From Squalus acanthias (Eukaryota): a DNA stretch of 64,000 nt. The notes beneath the pieces are model-generated. The model did not search any database and was not told the DNA's origin. It worked only from the letters and a program-made list of their open reading frames with translations. A program made the translations under genes and the position numbers. Every line of letters starts with the position of its first letter. Positions within the stretch are counted from its first letter, which is position 1. This document shows positions 37,521 through 50,108 of this stretch, piece by piece. Location: positions 161,760,001 to 161,824,000 of the forward strand of contig CM059425.1 in NCBI GenBank assembly GCA_030390025.1, written 5' to 3'.

Positions 37521-39344
37521 ATGGAGAGGGTGAGAGAACGAGCTCATCGCTTCACCGAGCGGGCCTTGGATGCTCTGGTTGGCGCGGTGGAGCGCAGAAG
37601 ATGTATGCTCTTCCCTGAGAGTGGCAGGAGGCCTTTGCCACGCGAGTTCAGAAGAGTGTGGAGGGAGGTGGCTCAGAGCGTCTCCTCCAGGAGCATGGTG
37701 CCCAGGACCCATACTCAATGCCGCAAAAAGTTCAACGACCTCACTCGGGTCGTCAGGGTGAGTGGCTTTTTCTCAATACCTCTCCATCCCTCCATCTCAA
37801 CCTCACTCTATGGCCAGAGGGTCTTAAAACCCCAATGCACAACACTCATCCAACACCTATGGCCCTTTCATCAAACACACACACACATTCCACACTTTGC
37901 ATACAGTAAGGGCTATTCACCTATGGGAGGCACATCAGGCAAGACCATGGCTGCATACAGTAAGGGCTATTCACCTATGGGAGGCACATCAGGCAAGACC
38001 ATGGCTGTATATTTACTCAGATGCTGTCCTTTTTCTTACAGGCCAAGCTGGCGCATAATCGGAGACAGCAGCAACGGACAGGTGGAGGGTGGCCTCAGCT
38101 GCAACCCCTCAGCGATCTTGAGGAGCGCGTCCACATGATTGTGGCAAGCCGGGTGATCGGTCCCGTCGCCACTGGAGACGCCGACCCCGTTTTGGACAGC
38201 AATGGTAAGGTCATCACCTTTTTGTCCTCTGTCCTTCCACTTGTCCCTCACAACACCAGCCTTTGACACTTTCAATCCAACTTGCTAACTCGCTGCACTT
38301 ATTCCTCCCTTACTGCCACCCTGTCCTCACGCTAAAGCCACTCTTGTACCTCCCTGCTTTCAGATGGTGATTCACCAGCTGAGGAGACGGGCCTTCAAGC
38401 TGCCACTGGGAGTGATGCTGCAGCCGAGGAGGAAGAGGAGGCCGGAGCATCAGTGCCACCCTCTCCCGAGGAAGCCCATGCCCACACTGGGAACATGCCT
38501 TCCCTGGAGGGGAGCAGGGGGGAAGGGTCTGATGAGGGTGAAGCTCCAGGACCCAGCGGGCTGCAGCAACGCCATGGGGGGGGTTAGGGAAGAACGGGGG
38601 CCTTCTCCCCAGAGGGTGAGTATGCCAGACACTCCTACTGCAATGGACGCAGAGGAGGAGCGGCTGATCGCAGAAATTAACACCCAGGCGGTGGGCATGC
38701 ACACTGAGCTCATGGGTGCAGTGGGAAGGGTGCCCGAATGCATTGAGTCACTGGCAAGGAGTGTGGAGCACTTCGCTGTAGCACAGGCGGATGCCACACT
38801 AATGCTTAGTGCTGCAATTCAGTCACTGGCTGCCGTGATCCCATCTCTGACTGCTCTCATGCAGACTCAGATTGAGGCCACGCGAGCACAGACTGCTGCC
38901 AACCTCGATGGTTCGTGCACATGTCCCCGGGGCTGTCACCGCGCCGCAGCAGGCCAGCAATCTGTTCTCCAGCAGATTGCTCCTGATGCTGAAGTGCTGC
39001 CCCGTGGGAGTGCCAGTGTGTCGGGCAAGCAGGGAGTTGCTGTCCTCTCTCACGATGACAGCATTCCTGCTGCCAACACTGTCACTTCTCCACTGCACTT
39101 GCCACCGCCTGTAGGACAGACTGCTGCCGCCCATGCAGAGTTGGTGCAGTCTGCAGCCGGGCCCTCCAGGCCCAGAACTGGTCGAGGCCGTCCTTCAGGG
39201 GCATCTGCAGTGTCAGGGTCTGACGAACAGCAGCCTTCCACCAGCCTTGCTGCAGCCACTGAGGTCCCATTACGGAGGAGCAGTAGGGTTAGAAGGGGGG
39301 AAGTGCGCAAGGGAAGGAGATCACCCTCGAAGGGCAAAAAGTAG
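37521..39344 (+). pseudogene. Harbinger Myb/SANT-like protein; exons 37521-37757, 38042-38204, 38364-39344; +4 nt frameshift at 38576-38585
   Basis: RFTERALDALV..WREVA..RTHTQCRKKFNDL|AKLAHNRR..TGGG; GT-AG introns in compatible phase; premature TAG at 38585-38587. Confidence 0.85.
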
Positions 39345-39638
39345 GAGGTGTGACAAAATGCTGGTCATTTTTTTATTAAAGGTCGAGGTTCATGGTCCAA
39401 CTTTTGTTTAGTGTTTTGGACATTATCTCCAGGTTGTGAGAACCAGTTATGTTATTGACTGTTTTTTTGTGTTTATTTCTATGAGTTTGTCATGAGGAAT
39501 TGACACACACAGAGTTTGTAAAATAAATAAGTTTCTGTATTCAAAATATACATGGTTGGTGGTTGGAATTATTGGTGCCTTGGCCGGCTTAGGGGTTGCG
39601 TGCTGGGTTCATTAATGTTGTTAGCAATGGCAGGGGCC

Positions 39639-40799
39639 CTAGAAGCGGCTTGCTATTAGCCGTTGACGGACGGCCCTTGCAGTTTGACCATTGTGGGCCG
39701 CCCTCCCGCCTTGGTGCTGCTGATGATCATCCTCCTCGTCCTCTTCCTCCTCTTCCTCCTCCTCCTCTGGTGGTGCTCCAAGGCCTGGTGGCATTGGCTG
39801 GGTCCTGAGGATTGCCATGTTATGCAACATGCAGCACACGACTACGAAATTCGATACTCGCTCAGGCGAGTACTGCAGGGCTCCTCCAGAATGGTCGAGA
39901 CAGCGGAACCGTTGCTTCAGCACGCCGATTGTGCGCTCAATTATGTTCCTGGTAGCTTGATGGCTCTCGTTGTACCGCAGCTCAGCAGGGGTGTTGGGCG
40001 TATGGAGCGGTGTCATCAGCCAGGTGCTCAGTGGATATCCCTTGTCCCCGAGAAGCCAACCAACTGGCTGATGCGGTGCCTCGAAATGTTCTGCCACAGT
40101 AGTCTGGCGCAGGATAAAAGCATCGTGGCAGCTGCCAGGATACTGGGCATTGACAGCGAGTATCAGCTGTCTGTGGTCACAGACCAACTGAACATTCAAG
40201 GAATGGAACCCCTTTCTGTTCCGGAATTCCTCGGCATTCTCATGCGGAGCACGCAAAGCCACATGCGTGCAGTCAATGGCGCCCTGCACCATGGGGAAGC
40301 CCGCTACCCTCGCAAAGCCCAGAGCGCGGTCACGCTGCTTGTCTGGGGTCATGGGGAAAGAGATGAACTCTCGTCTCCTTTTAAAGAGGGCATTTGTGAC
40401 CTGCCGGATGCAGCAATGCACCGCGAACTGGGAGATATTGGCGAGGTCCCCAGCAGCAGCTTGAAATGAGCCAGTAGCGTAAAAGTTGAGAGCCACTGTG
40501 ACCTTCACTGCCACCGACAGAGACGTCCTGGACCTCAGTTGAGGCTGCAGATCTGGCTGCAGCAGGTGGCAGAGCTCAGTGACCACCTCCTTGCTGAATC
40601 GCAGCCTTCGCAAACACAGCTCCTCGGACATATGGATGTAGGAGAGCTGTTCACGATATACCCTGGGAGGGTAAGCTCTCCTGTACATACGCCTGTTGGC
40701 CCTCCTCCGTCTGGCCATCATTGCCACTCTCTCTCTGCGTCTCTGTATCCTCCGATTCAGCTGGAGCAGGACGACGCCCCCAATCAGTGCAGCCCCCAT
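39639..40799 (-). CDS. Harbinger DDE transposase (HARBI1-like), intact, 386 aa from ATG 40799
   Basis: ALNFYATGSFQ, GAIDCTH, NRKGFHSLNVQ, PGSCHD, GDKGYP, IERTIGVLKQRFRCL, CCMLHN. Confidence 0.95.
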   Translation of the reverse strand: MGAALIGGVVLLQLNRRIQRRRERVAMMARRRRANRRMYRRAYPPRVYREQLSYIHMSEELCLRRLRFSKEVVTELCHLLQPDLQPQLRSRTSLSVAVKVTVALNFYATGSFQAAAGDLANISQFAVHCCIRQVTNALFKRRREFISFPMTPDKQRDRALGFARVAGFPMVQGAIDCTHVALRAPHENAEEFRNRKGFHSLNVQLVCDHRQLILAVNAQYPGSCHDAFILRQTTVAEHFEAPHQPVGWLLGDKGYPLSTWLMTPLHTPNTPAELRYNESHQATRNIIERTIGVLKQRFRCLDHSGGALQYSPERVSNFVVVCCMLHNMAILRTQPMPPGLGAPPEEEEEEEEEDEEDDHQQHQGGRAAHNGQTARAVRQRLIASRF

Positions 40800-41747
40800 A
40801 TTCTCTTTGCAAGCAAAGTAATGAAGGACAGCAACTAAAGTACTAGCGAAGTTAGGATCAATAGGCAAAACTACCTCACAAAGCGTTGAGTCAATGCAGA
40901 AGTCTCTCTTTCTCTCTCTCCGAATCTCTCTCTCTCTCTCAGAACGAGTGGTGCAAAAATGTCGACCACAGAAAAAGACAGGAAGAGGCCCCCTTTAAAT
41001 AGCGCCCCCCCCCAGCCCCACAGCGATTGATAGCGTTCCAGTCTTCCGGTCGTTGGATGCGCCAGGCGGTAAGGCAGGGGGCGCCACTCAATTTCCGCTC
41101 CGGGGCGCCACAAGGGCGTTGCACCATGGAATGACGTCACAATCTGCGCGCGCAGGTGGTCGCAGCGGTAAGTTTTAGCGCCGCTGCACAATCTCTAGTT
41201 ACGTTCCCGAGCGGCGCAAACATCGCTGCGCCCGGGCGTTAGCGGCTTTGCGCCCCATTAGCGCCCTCTTAAGGCGCTAACGGGAGGCGCAACCAACTGA
41301 ATTTTTACCCCTTTGACCTTAAAGGGATAAAGCACCATTTTAGTAGCACAACAATAGATTGTACATTGCAGAATATAAAATTGCTGACCTTATAAAGCAG
41401 CATAAATGAGAGATTCTTGTCCCCTGGGGGTGGGAAATTACAGTGTAGTTGTGGCAGCAGACACCCAATTTGGGGTGGAACCTGGATTCACTGGATGTCC
41501 ACCTTATTTGTGTTAAGTTGAAAATTCTGACATGGAGTTGGTGTGAGACAGCCTATATTTCATCTACAGTTTGGGGGCATGTCTAAGGGGGTTTCCGATT
41601 ACCCTGTGATTTTCCCCCTTGCCTGCCCTGCTTATCCCCGGGGTTCCCACGTTTGCTCTCAACAGGCATTGAGGACCGACTTAAATTCCCAAAGATGTAA
41701 ATCAACATAAAATGTAGTGGCACTAAAATTGTTTGAGTGCAGACTTT

Positions 41748-43479
41748 GGCCGCAAATTTTCCATCGGAGGCGGGATGGTGGCAGGAGAGCTGGTTTCCGG
41801 GTTCCAGTCATGAATCTGGCTGCAGCCGCTCTGTAAACGGGGTTTTCCCTTGATTGGCCTTGTTAAGCCCGCCCTGCGGGCTTCCCGGCCAATTAACAGG
41901 AAGCGGGTCTGATGATGTCATTTGATGACGCGACATCAGCCGGTTTCCTTAAAGGGACCACATCCACATGGAGTTTGACTGTTGTTCTGTCAGTGTTTGA
42001 GAACATTGAGGTGCTGCAAACACTGACAAGCACTGCACAAAGGTGAACGCTTGCACCAAGGCTCTCCAATGACTCCCTCCATATAGAGGAAGTCACAGCA
42101 CGCAGGGAGGTTCTCTTACCTTCCAAGGGTGGAAGAGACCTCCCCAGGACACCAACTCAACCTGGTTGCACATTGCACAGGAGGGCAAAAGCAGGGATGT
42201 CGTCAGGGGTCCCTGGCTGCAGTGGCGCCAACCTTTCAATGATCTACTGCAAAGCCACACTCAAACTCACCCTGCTGTGCCACTCAACACATCCCCATCA
42301 CTTTGCCTTCCATACCCTTCTCCTGCACATCCTTACACATACCAACTTACCTTGCACCTCACCCAATCCTCTCTATCTACTTTATTACTTCCCCATCTCA
42401 CTAGCCACCCCTCACACTCACCCTCATCCTACTGCAAGCATACCAACTAACAACACACAAGTGTAGACACTTGAGAGGTTTAGCCAATGTCCATGTGAAG
42501 TTTCTGGTAATGTGTTGTCATACAGTGAAATCTATTTTTCCAAAATGCCCCTTATTGGACAGATCTGAGCACACCTTGAGAAGTGTCTTACTGAGTTCCA
42601 GTGATTGTTCAGACATAACTTGCCCCCCACCATAGTGATGAGTGTGCATGGAATGGCTTGGACATTAAAAGGATGCTTCACAGTGCTGGTGTGGGATGGT
42701 GTCAACCTGGCGCATCATGTGGCAGCCAGGGTTTACAGCGTCAAGTGAAGAAAATCTGGCCATGGGGTGATGCCATCGCTGGCCTCCCGGGCAGCAATGT
42801 GGTCGGGTGCTGATGGCCTGTGTCCAGTGCAGCATCAGGTGATGGCGGAGAAGGTTGGTGATGTTGGTGTGCCTGGTGCTGTTGGTGTTGGGGCTGATCA
42901 TGGAAGGATTTGGAGGACCAAGGTCTGATGTTGCTGCAATAGATGGCAGCTGCAGGTGAGATGACAGAAGCGATCTGCCAATGGTGAGAGAGGTTCTCCC
43001 AATGAGGTGGCACTGGACATATAGTTGGATCTAAAAACTTGTAAGCTAAAGAAATCTCTATATGTATATAAAATGTAGTAACCAACATTTTGTGCGCTCT
43101 GAAACTCACCATCTGCAACATGGCATCCTTTACACCACTTCTGCAGCTGTCAGCTTATAAGAAACATCAAAGCAGATTCAAATCACGCCAGGTTGAGCTG
43201 GCGTGTTCCCCGAGCAGCAGGTAACCCATGGGGGAGAACGTAAAATGGGAAGGAAGACTCAAAATAGCATTAAATTGGCTCTTAACAAGCCATTTAACAA
43301 GCTGAATTGTATTCCCTGCCGCTTGATGTCGGGTCAGTTCTCCGCTGACAGACCCGACACCTGGGAGACTTACGTGGAGGCGGGTTGACAGTGGGTTTCC
43401 TACCCGCTGCCAAGCTTTGCTATTTTGACAGCGGACCCGCCTCCCAACCCGCCCTCTGAGTGCCGGCAAATTCACAGCC
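41748..43479 (+). mobile_element. Non-autonomous Harbinger family B (1.73 kb)
   Basis: TIRs GGCCGCAAATTTTCC / GGCAAATTCACAGCC; TTT TSD; Myb exon remnant ~42045-42250. Confidence 0.85.
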
Positions 43480-43559
43480 TTTGTTTTTGCAGAGGTCTGA
43501 TGCTGCTTTCATTAGGCAGCATGGCTCTCAACTTAAGTGAGTTTTTGAGGACAGCGAAG

Positions 43560-44100
43560 GAGTTTTAGATGATGGGATATTTGGGGAAAGAAGTGGAAGA
43601 TGTCAACAGGAGCATTAATGGACTGCCCACATGTGGAAGAGAAAGCCTCTTGTATGAGAGAAGCACAAATGTCTTTTGCAGCCAGCAACGGGTTCTGCTC
43701 AGCTTTCTCTCCAAGTTGCTGCTGCTCCTCTGGCTGGTTCCACTTGAGTACCATCCTTCCCCGTGGCCTCTTCGTAAGACAAAGTTACGCAGTACCCATC
43801 ATACAACCACAATCCTTGAACTGCATGATATTATAAAGCACCCCAGATTGATCCTAAAGCTGTCTTCTACATGTTAATGGTGTGCTCAATTATGACTCTG
43901 CTGGCTGCATGGATCTCACTGTACTGCTCAGCTAGTGCTCTGGGATACCGCATATTGAGGCATGACTGCAAAGGATGTCCTAGATATCTCAACAGCATAC
44001 CCAAAAGAGCCCATTCATGGTGGAAGAGTGCTGATTGGCTTGGTTATCTTAAAATAATCTTTCATTGTGGTAGCTACCAGGGAAGTGAGCATTCACATTC
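43560..44100 (-). pseudogene. Old Harbinger transposase C-terminal remnant
   Basis: Decayed ..HAARRVIIEHTI..GAL*Y.. motif on minus strand. Confidence 0.55.
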
Positions 44101-44109
44101 ATGATAAAT

Positions 44110-44262
44110 CACAATAGATTTTTTGTTAGGCTAGGGTATCTAGGAGTATGGAACAAAGGCGAGTAAATGGAGTTGAGGTGCAGATTATCCATGATCTAAC
44201 TGAATGGTGGGACAGGCTCGAGAGGCTGAATGGCTTACTCCTGTTCTTACTTTTCCTATGTG
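44110..44262 (+). mobile_element. CR1 3' end fragment
   Basis: Similar to CR1 stop/3' UTR region 5975-6128. Confidence 0.7.
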
Positions 44263-44347
44263 ACATAGTGCAGCCAATCTTTCACCTCACTTCGAAATAT
44301 CTTGCAAAATGTGATTTAGTCAATTCTAAGGATATAAACTCAACTAC

Positions 44348-44792
44348 ATTGATCCCTGGGATGCAAGGGTTGTCCTATGAGGAGAGATTGAGTAGATTGG
44401 GCCTATACTCTCTGGAATTTAGAATAATGAGAGGTGATCTCATTGAAACATATAAGGTTCTGAGGGGGATTGACAGGGTAGATGCTGAGAGTTTGTTTCC
44501 CCTGGCTGGAGAATCTAGAACTAGGGGGCATAGTCTCAGGATAAGGGGTCGGCCATTTAAGACTGAGATGAGGAGGAATTTCTTCACTCAGAGGGTTGTG
44601 AATCTTTGGAATTTTCTACCCCAAAGGGCTGTGGATGCTGAGTCGTTGAGTATAGTCAAGGCTGAGATAGATAGACTTTTGGACTCTAGGGGAATCAAGG
44701 GGAGGAAAGTGGAGTTGAGGTCGAAGATTAGCCATGATTTTATTGAAGGGCTCGAAGGGCCGTATGGCCTACTCCTGCTCCTAATTATTATG
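44348..44792 (+). mobile_element. CR1 LINE 3' fragment
   Basis: LIPGMQGLSYEERLSRLGLYSLE..FFTQRVVNLWN. Confidence 0.9.
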
Positions 44793-45340
44793 TACTCCAA
44801 ATTAGAGATGTCCTTCAACCAAAGTATAAATGTGAGAGTCCTGTCCCTCGCATTGTCATCCTTCTCTCCAATCTGGCGTGACTGCAAATTCTCAAATATA
44901 TTTGCCACTAATAGCAGAGGAACCACTGATCTATGATTCAAGTTCTTAAATTAAAGATCTGTAGCCATTAGTTTTGTTACATCTGGTGTGAGTGAATTCT
45001 GTCCTGATTCAGGAAGTCTACTATAATATTGTAGGGAGATATTTGGTGGTGTAATCTAATCAGTTGGCAATCTGAACAGCATTCCCTGTCCCAGTAGCAA
45101 AATTCACTACCATACTGTCTCATACTATACTTTTCCATTTCTATTTTTAATATTTACACAAGACCATTTTTGCATATTTACTGTTCAGTTGATTCTTAAC
45201 TATATTTGGTTTAGTCTTTGTGATAGAAGAAAATTGAAGAATGGACCAAACTGAGGTATACCGCACTAAAAGAGTAGGCTACATAATGACAATGTCAGAA
45301 AAACTTAGACAAGTATCCTTGTGATTTTCTCGATTACATA

Positions 45341-45437
45341 CAATAGCAAAATACTGCGGATGCTGGAAATCTGAAATAACAACAGAAAATGTTGCCTGGC
45401 CTGCTGAGTGTTTCCAGCATTTTCTGTTGTTATTCCA
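45341..45437. mobile_element. Penelope pLTR-only inverted mini-insertion
   Basis: Opposed pLTR fragments; 9-bp direct repeat GATTACATA at 45332-45340 and 45438-45446. Confidence 0.8.
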
Positions 45438-46069
45438 GATTACATAGTTGGCTTATTCATTGACATATGTAGGATAATATAATTTTCAGAATGAGATAGG
45501 CCCTACCATAGGCTAATAATCAAACTTTTTGCAATTCTAATATGAAATTTCCATTGATCTTAAGAGCTACTGTAGGCTTATAGACAGTGGCTGTGAAATT
45601 CGGAGGTCTAGCATCGGCCGGTTTTGCTCAAAAAATGGCGGCTGGCTTGCTTCCGCCCACTTCTGGTGGGTCCCGCGGCGACCGCCATTTTGGGGAGGTC
45701 AGTAGCGCTGCCATTGCCTGATATTTAGATGAGGCAGATCGTGACGTCAATGAGTGTGCAACGCTGATTTAATGCATGATCTGTCATTTTTGACGTCACC
45801 GCTCCACTTAACGCCCTCTCCTAATCACAACCAGCTGACCAAGCGTTCAGCAGCAGGAAGGACCCTCCAGCAGTGCTATTTAAGGGCTTCATCAAGAACT
45901 TGCAGCTGACTTGCTTTTTCAGTTCTACGGTCTTTGTTTAAGTTTGTGCTACTGTTTGGAGCTTTCTAAAATTATTTAAAGTTGCTGAGGTGACAGGGAG
46001 TGTAGCTCCAAGTGGAGAACGCCTTGCTTCTCATTTAAAGGGTTCTGACAACATCACTTGCTCCCAGCT

Positions 46070-47265
46070 ATGGGGGCTCTACTTGCAGTCCCCCTCATGC
46101 TGGAGTATGACAGGGAGATAGAGCGGAGGCAGCGAAGAAGAGGACAAGATGCTCGGAGAGGGAGGCACAGGAGGGCTCTCAGCAGGAGGCCTTATCCACC
46201 TAAGGTCTTCCGAGAGCACTTCTCCTACCTGCACTTAAACCAGGAGCAGTGTATTAGGAGGCTCTGCTTCACCAAGGAGGTGGTCACAGAAATCTTCCAC
46301 CTCCTGCAACCAGACCTGCAGCCTCAGAGCAGGGCGATGACGGCTCTCCCAGTGGCCCTCAAGGTCACCGTGGCCCTCAATTTTTTTGCCAGCGGATCCT
46401 TCCAGTCTGGAGCAGGAGACATAGCCTACATTTCCCAGTTAGCTGTCCATCGCTGCATCCAGGAGGTCACAGAGGCTCCTACTCCAGGAGAAGGGACTTC
46501 ATTGTCTTCTCTCTGAACAGAGAGAAGCAGGAGGAGTGTGTATGTGGCTTTGCCAGGATAGTGGGCTTGCCCATGGTGCAGGGTGCCATCGACTGCACAC
46601 ACGTGGCTTTGCTGGCATTGCATACCAATCCTGAGATGTTCCGTAACCACAAAAGCTACCACTCACTTAATGTGCAGTTTATGTGTGACCATGCTCAGCA
46701 CATCATGATGGTGAATGCCCAGTATCCTGGCAGCAGTCATAATGCCTTCTTCCTGCACGAGTCCGATGTACCAGCAATCTTCCAGCCACCATGCCAAACC
46801 CGCGGGTAGCTGCTCGGAGACAAGGGCTATCCGCTCTGCACCTGGCTGATGACTCCCCTCCGCAACCCCACCACTTGTTGCCAGCACTCATAAAATGACA
46901 GCCATGCTGCCACGAGGAACGTCATCGAGCAGACCACCGGGGTGCTCAAGCAATGGTTCCACTGCCTTGACTGCTTGGGAGGAGTCCTCCAGTACACATC
47001 GGAGTGGGTGTCCCATTTTGTGGTGGTCTGCTGCATGCTCCACAACTTGGCCATCATGAACGCACAGCCCTTGCCACCACGGGTTCCGGGATCACCTCAG
47101 GAGGAGGAGGAGGAGGAGGAGGAAGAGGAGTAAGAGGAAGAGGAAGAGAAGGAAGAGGAAGAGGAAGAGAAGGAGAAGGAGGAGGAGGAAGGGAGGAGGC
47201 AGGCAGCACATCCCCATTCCGGACGGGCTGTCCGTGAACGCCTCATCAGACTCCGGTTCCATTGA
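46070..47265 (+). pseudogene. Harbinger transposase, frameshifted with stops
   Basis: ALNFFASGSFQ, GAIDCTH, HSLNVQ, GDKGYP, CCMLHN across broken frames; expanded Glu-coding tract 47101-47197. Confidence 0.92.
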
Positions 47266-47489
47266 AAGAAACCCCAGATCCCCGTTGCTTATCACTTCCC
47301 CATCTTACCATCCCTCTGTCACGGAACATCACAGCATGCTCCTGGGCACAAAGTTGAAATGAGAGCCACCATTAAACACAAATTCCAAACATAATTTATA
47401 AATTTATTAAATTAAAATCAAAAGAACAAAGTCAACTTGTTCATTCCCTTAGTCGCTGTCTTTCGTGTGTCTTTTTCTACTCGAGTGCT

Positions 47490-49260
47490 CCTGCGAAGTG
47501 CTCCCCTAGTGGCTGCAGCATGGCTTACAGGTGGCCTTACAGGACAAAACCGACCATTTTTGGTCTTAGAAGGCCCGGCTGTAGACTGCACCATCTCTGC
47601 ATGAGCTGCAGCAGTCTGGGCTGGCTAGATGACAGGCAGCAGCAAGGGCACTGGCAGAGTGGCAGTGGTGGGAATACGAATGCTGTCATCCTGAGAGGAC
47701 AGCAGGTTCTTGCTCCACGGAGCCACTGCCACTCCCCCAGGGCGGTACCTCAGCATTCCTAGCTATCTGTTGGGGGACAGATTGCTGGACTGCTGTGACA
47801 CCCTGCAAGCCCCTTTCCACACTTGTAAACCCAGCCACGATGGCAGCAGTCTGAGCGGGTGTGGCAGCAAGTTGATACTGCAAGAGAGCAGTCTGCGCTT
47901 CCACTGCAGCACTGAGACATTAGGTCACTTCCGCCTGTGCTGTAATGCAAGCTGCGAGATTGCCCATCACGCCCAGCATCATGGTTGGGTCCACAAACTC
48001 TCTAATGGAGTTGCCCATCATTTCCATCCTCGAAATTATGGGCTCCAAGCTCCGCGCAAAACCCCACGTAATGTTAGAGCCAGACTTCTCCATGCTCCTT
48101 GACACCGACAAGAGGCTCTCTGGCAGGCCTGCTATTGCACCAAGCGTTTCTGTGTGCATGCCCATCACCCTTCTTCTGAAGGCCGCCACATAGAAGTCAT
48201 CATCTGCGTCGTGTGCAGCAGAACTCATGCGCGAACTCGCCCTCCAGGGAGCTGGCACCCGAGCCCTTTCCCCCTGGCTTGGTTGCAGCCCACTCGTGCC
48301 CGGTGACTCACTATGTGCAAATCCCACCTCTATACTACCCTCTAATGCACGCACAGTGCCACTTTATGAGCTGGTGTCTGCGAGTGTCAGTCGCAGTGGC
48401 GTTGGGTCTTCTTCTTCTCCTCCATCACTCTCCTCCGGAACTTCAGGGACAGGCTGGGTTGCTGGCAGTTCTTGGGTATCATGAAAGAAGAAATGCAAGA
48501 TATCCATGCATATGCCATCAGCAGCTTGTAAATGAGAAGAGCTTGTGGGACGAGGGGGAAGTGGGATGTGAGAAGAAGGATTAGGTATGAGCATATCGTC
48601 ATAATCAGCAATGCTTTCCACTTTCTTGCTCGCCACGGACTCTGTGGCTGCCCTCCAATTATTGCGAGCACTGTTTCCTCCATGTCCTTATGGTTCTCAA
48701 TCCTCGCTTGCTCTCCACCCATCTGCTGGTGCTCCCAGCGTTTGTGCGCCACCTTGGCCTGCAAGAGAAAGGGAAGTGTGTCAGTGAGTGTGGTGCAATG
48801 TGTTTGGGTGATGTGCCTGCCATGGTTGAATAGCTGGCAGTGTGTGCAAGGTGTGAGATGTGGTTGTGAGTCTTGCAGCAGTGCTAAGTATGTGAGGGTA
48901 AAGTAAAGCTATGATTGTGAGGTATGAGTGGTGATAGCTAGAGACTGTTGGTCGGTGAGTGATGGTGCATTGAGCAGTGTGTGAGGGTTGTGGTGCAGAT
49001 GGTGGGATATGGCATTTGATGATGCATTCACTCACCTTCACCACTCGTGTGAGGTCATTAAACTTTTTGTGGCACTGGATCCAGGTCCTGGGGTCAACAC
49101 TCGTCGCAGTGACGGCTTGAGCAATCTCCTTCTGGACCCTTCTTGTGTTCAGCCTTGAAGGCCTCCTGCCCCCCTTTGGGTAGAGGACCTCATGGCGTCT
49201 TTGGACTCCCAGGACCAAGGCCTCCAGTGCCGCATCAGAAAATCTTCTAGCCCTTTCCAT
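47490..49260 (-). pseudogene. Harbinger Myb/SANT gene, decayed (exon 1 49260-49036; exon 2 from 48758)
   Basis: MERARRFSDAALEALV..RTWIQCHKKFNDLTRVVK|AKVAH..; same first-intron position as copies 1 and 2. Confidence 0.8.
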
Positions 49261-49744
49261 CGGCTGTTGGGCCTTGGCTTTGTTCAGACTGACAATGAGG
49301 TGTTTCTGCAACAAAGCACCTCCCCTTTAAGTAGAGCAGAGAGCCTAGGCCAAATTTTATTGGCCAGTAGACTGCACCCGATATTGGCCGCTCCCCTCCC
49401 CCCCCCGTTGAGCGCTAAGCTAATCAGCAGTGCATTTAGCACTGAGATTAGCGCTGCAATCATGTAAATGAGCAGGCAGCAAGAATTTTGCGTGCTGCCT
49501 GCACCAGTTTGAACGGGAGCAGGCAAATAGCACTGGCGATGCCCCCACCCATTTTCGGGCCGTATCCAATTTCTAGGCAAGTATTACTGAAAAGCATGAT
49601 GAACTCTGTCTAATACCATCAAAAATAGCATGTCAGCACTGAGAGTCGCTTGGACTGTTTTAAACTGTTGCTAGAATAGCTTACTTTCTCTACTTCCCTG
49701 AAAGGATGATAAAACCTCTTTAATTTAAATGCTTGCTTGCGTAG

Positions 49745-50108
49745 TACTCTAGTGCAGTACTGAGGGAGTGTTGCACTGTTAGAGGTGCCGTCTTTTGGAT
49801 GAGACATTAAACCGAGGCCCCGTCTGCTCTCTCAGGTGGACGTAAAAGATCCTATGGCACTATTTCGAAGAAGAGCAGGGGAGTTATCCCCGGTGTCCTG
49901 GCCAATGTTTATCCCTCAATCAACATCACTAAACATACTATCTGGTCATTATCACGTTGTTGTTTGTGGGAGCTTGCTGTGGGCAAATTGGCTGCCGCGT
50001 TTCCCACATTACAACGGTGACTACACTTCAAAAAGTACTTCATTGGCTATAAAGTGATTTGGGACGTCCGGTGGTCATGACGGCGCTACATAAATGCAAT
50101 TCTTTCTT
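49745..50108 (+). mobile_element. DeuSINE (SacSINE1/AmnSINE1-type Deu domain), 5'-truncated
   Basis: Recognised core GTGCAGTACTGAGGGAGTG..GAGGTGCCGTCTTT..GATGAGAC.TTAAACCGAGGCCCCGTCTG and tail GGCGCTACATAAATGCAA (from recall, not searched). Confidence 0.8.

Larger units (their letters stand above)
37169..41311. mobile_element. Full-length two-gene PIF/Harbinger transposon, copy 1
   Basis: TIRs GGGGGAAAAATTAGGT / ACTGAATTTTTACCCC; flanks TAT/TTT; convergent Myb and transposase genes. Confidence 0.95.
45589..49579. mobile_element. Two-gene Harbinger, copy 3 (divergent subfamily, decayed, reverse orientation)
   Basis: Degenerate TIRs GGCTGTGAAATTCGGA / TCCAATTTCTAGGCA; AGT on both flanks; both genes present. 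Confidence 0.88.

Noticed and set aside
37899..38006. CRISPR-like array
   Set aside because: Two contiguous units with no spacers, in eukaryotic DNA
38364..39344. 326-aa ORF as a standalone gene
   Set aside because: It is Myb exon 3; its N-terminal part is in frame only because of the +4 insertion
39663..40469. Long antisense ORFs over the transposases (268 aa; 292 aa at 57398-58276)
   Set aside because: Shadow frames of GC-rich coding sequence, shared only because the copies are close relatives
39639..40799. Domesticated host gene HARBI1
   Set aside because: Lies within TIRs, paired with a Myb gene and multicopy, so it is a transposon gene
44148..44936. 262-aa ORF
   Set aside because: Chimeric read-through of two separate CR1 3' fragments
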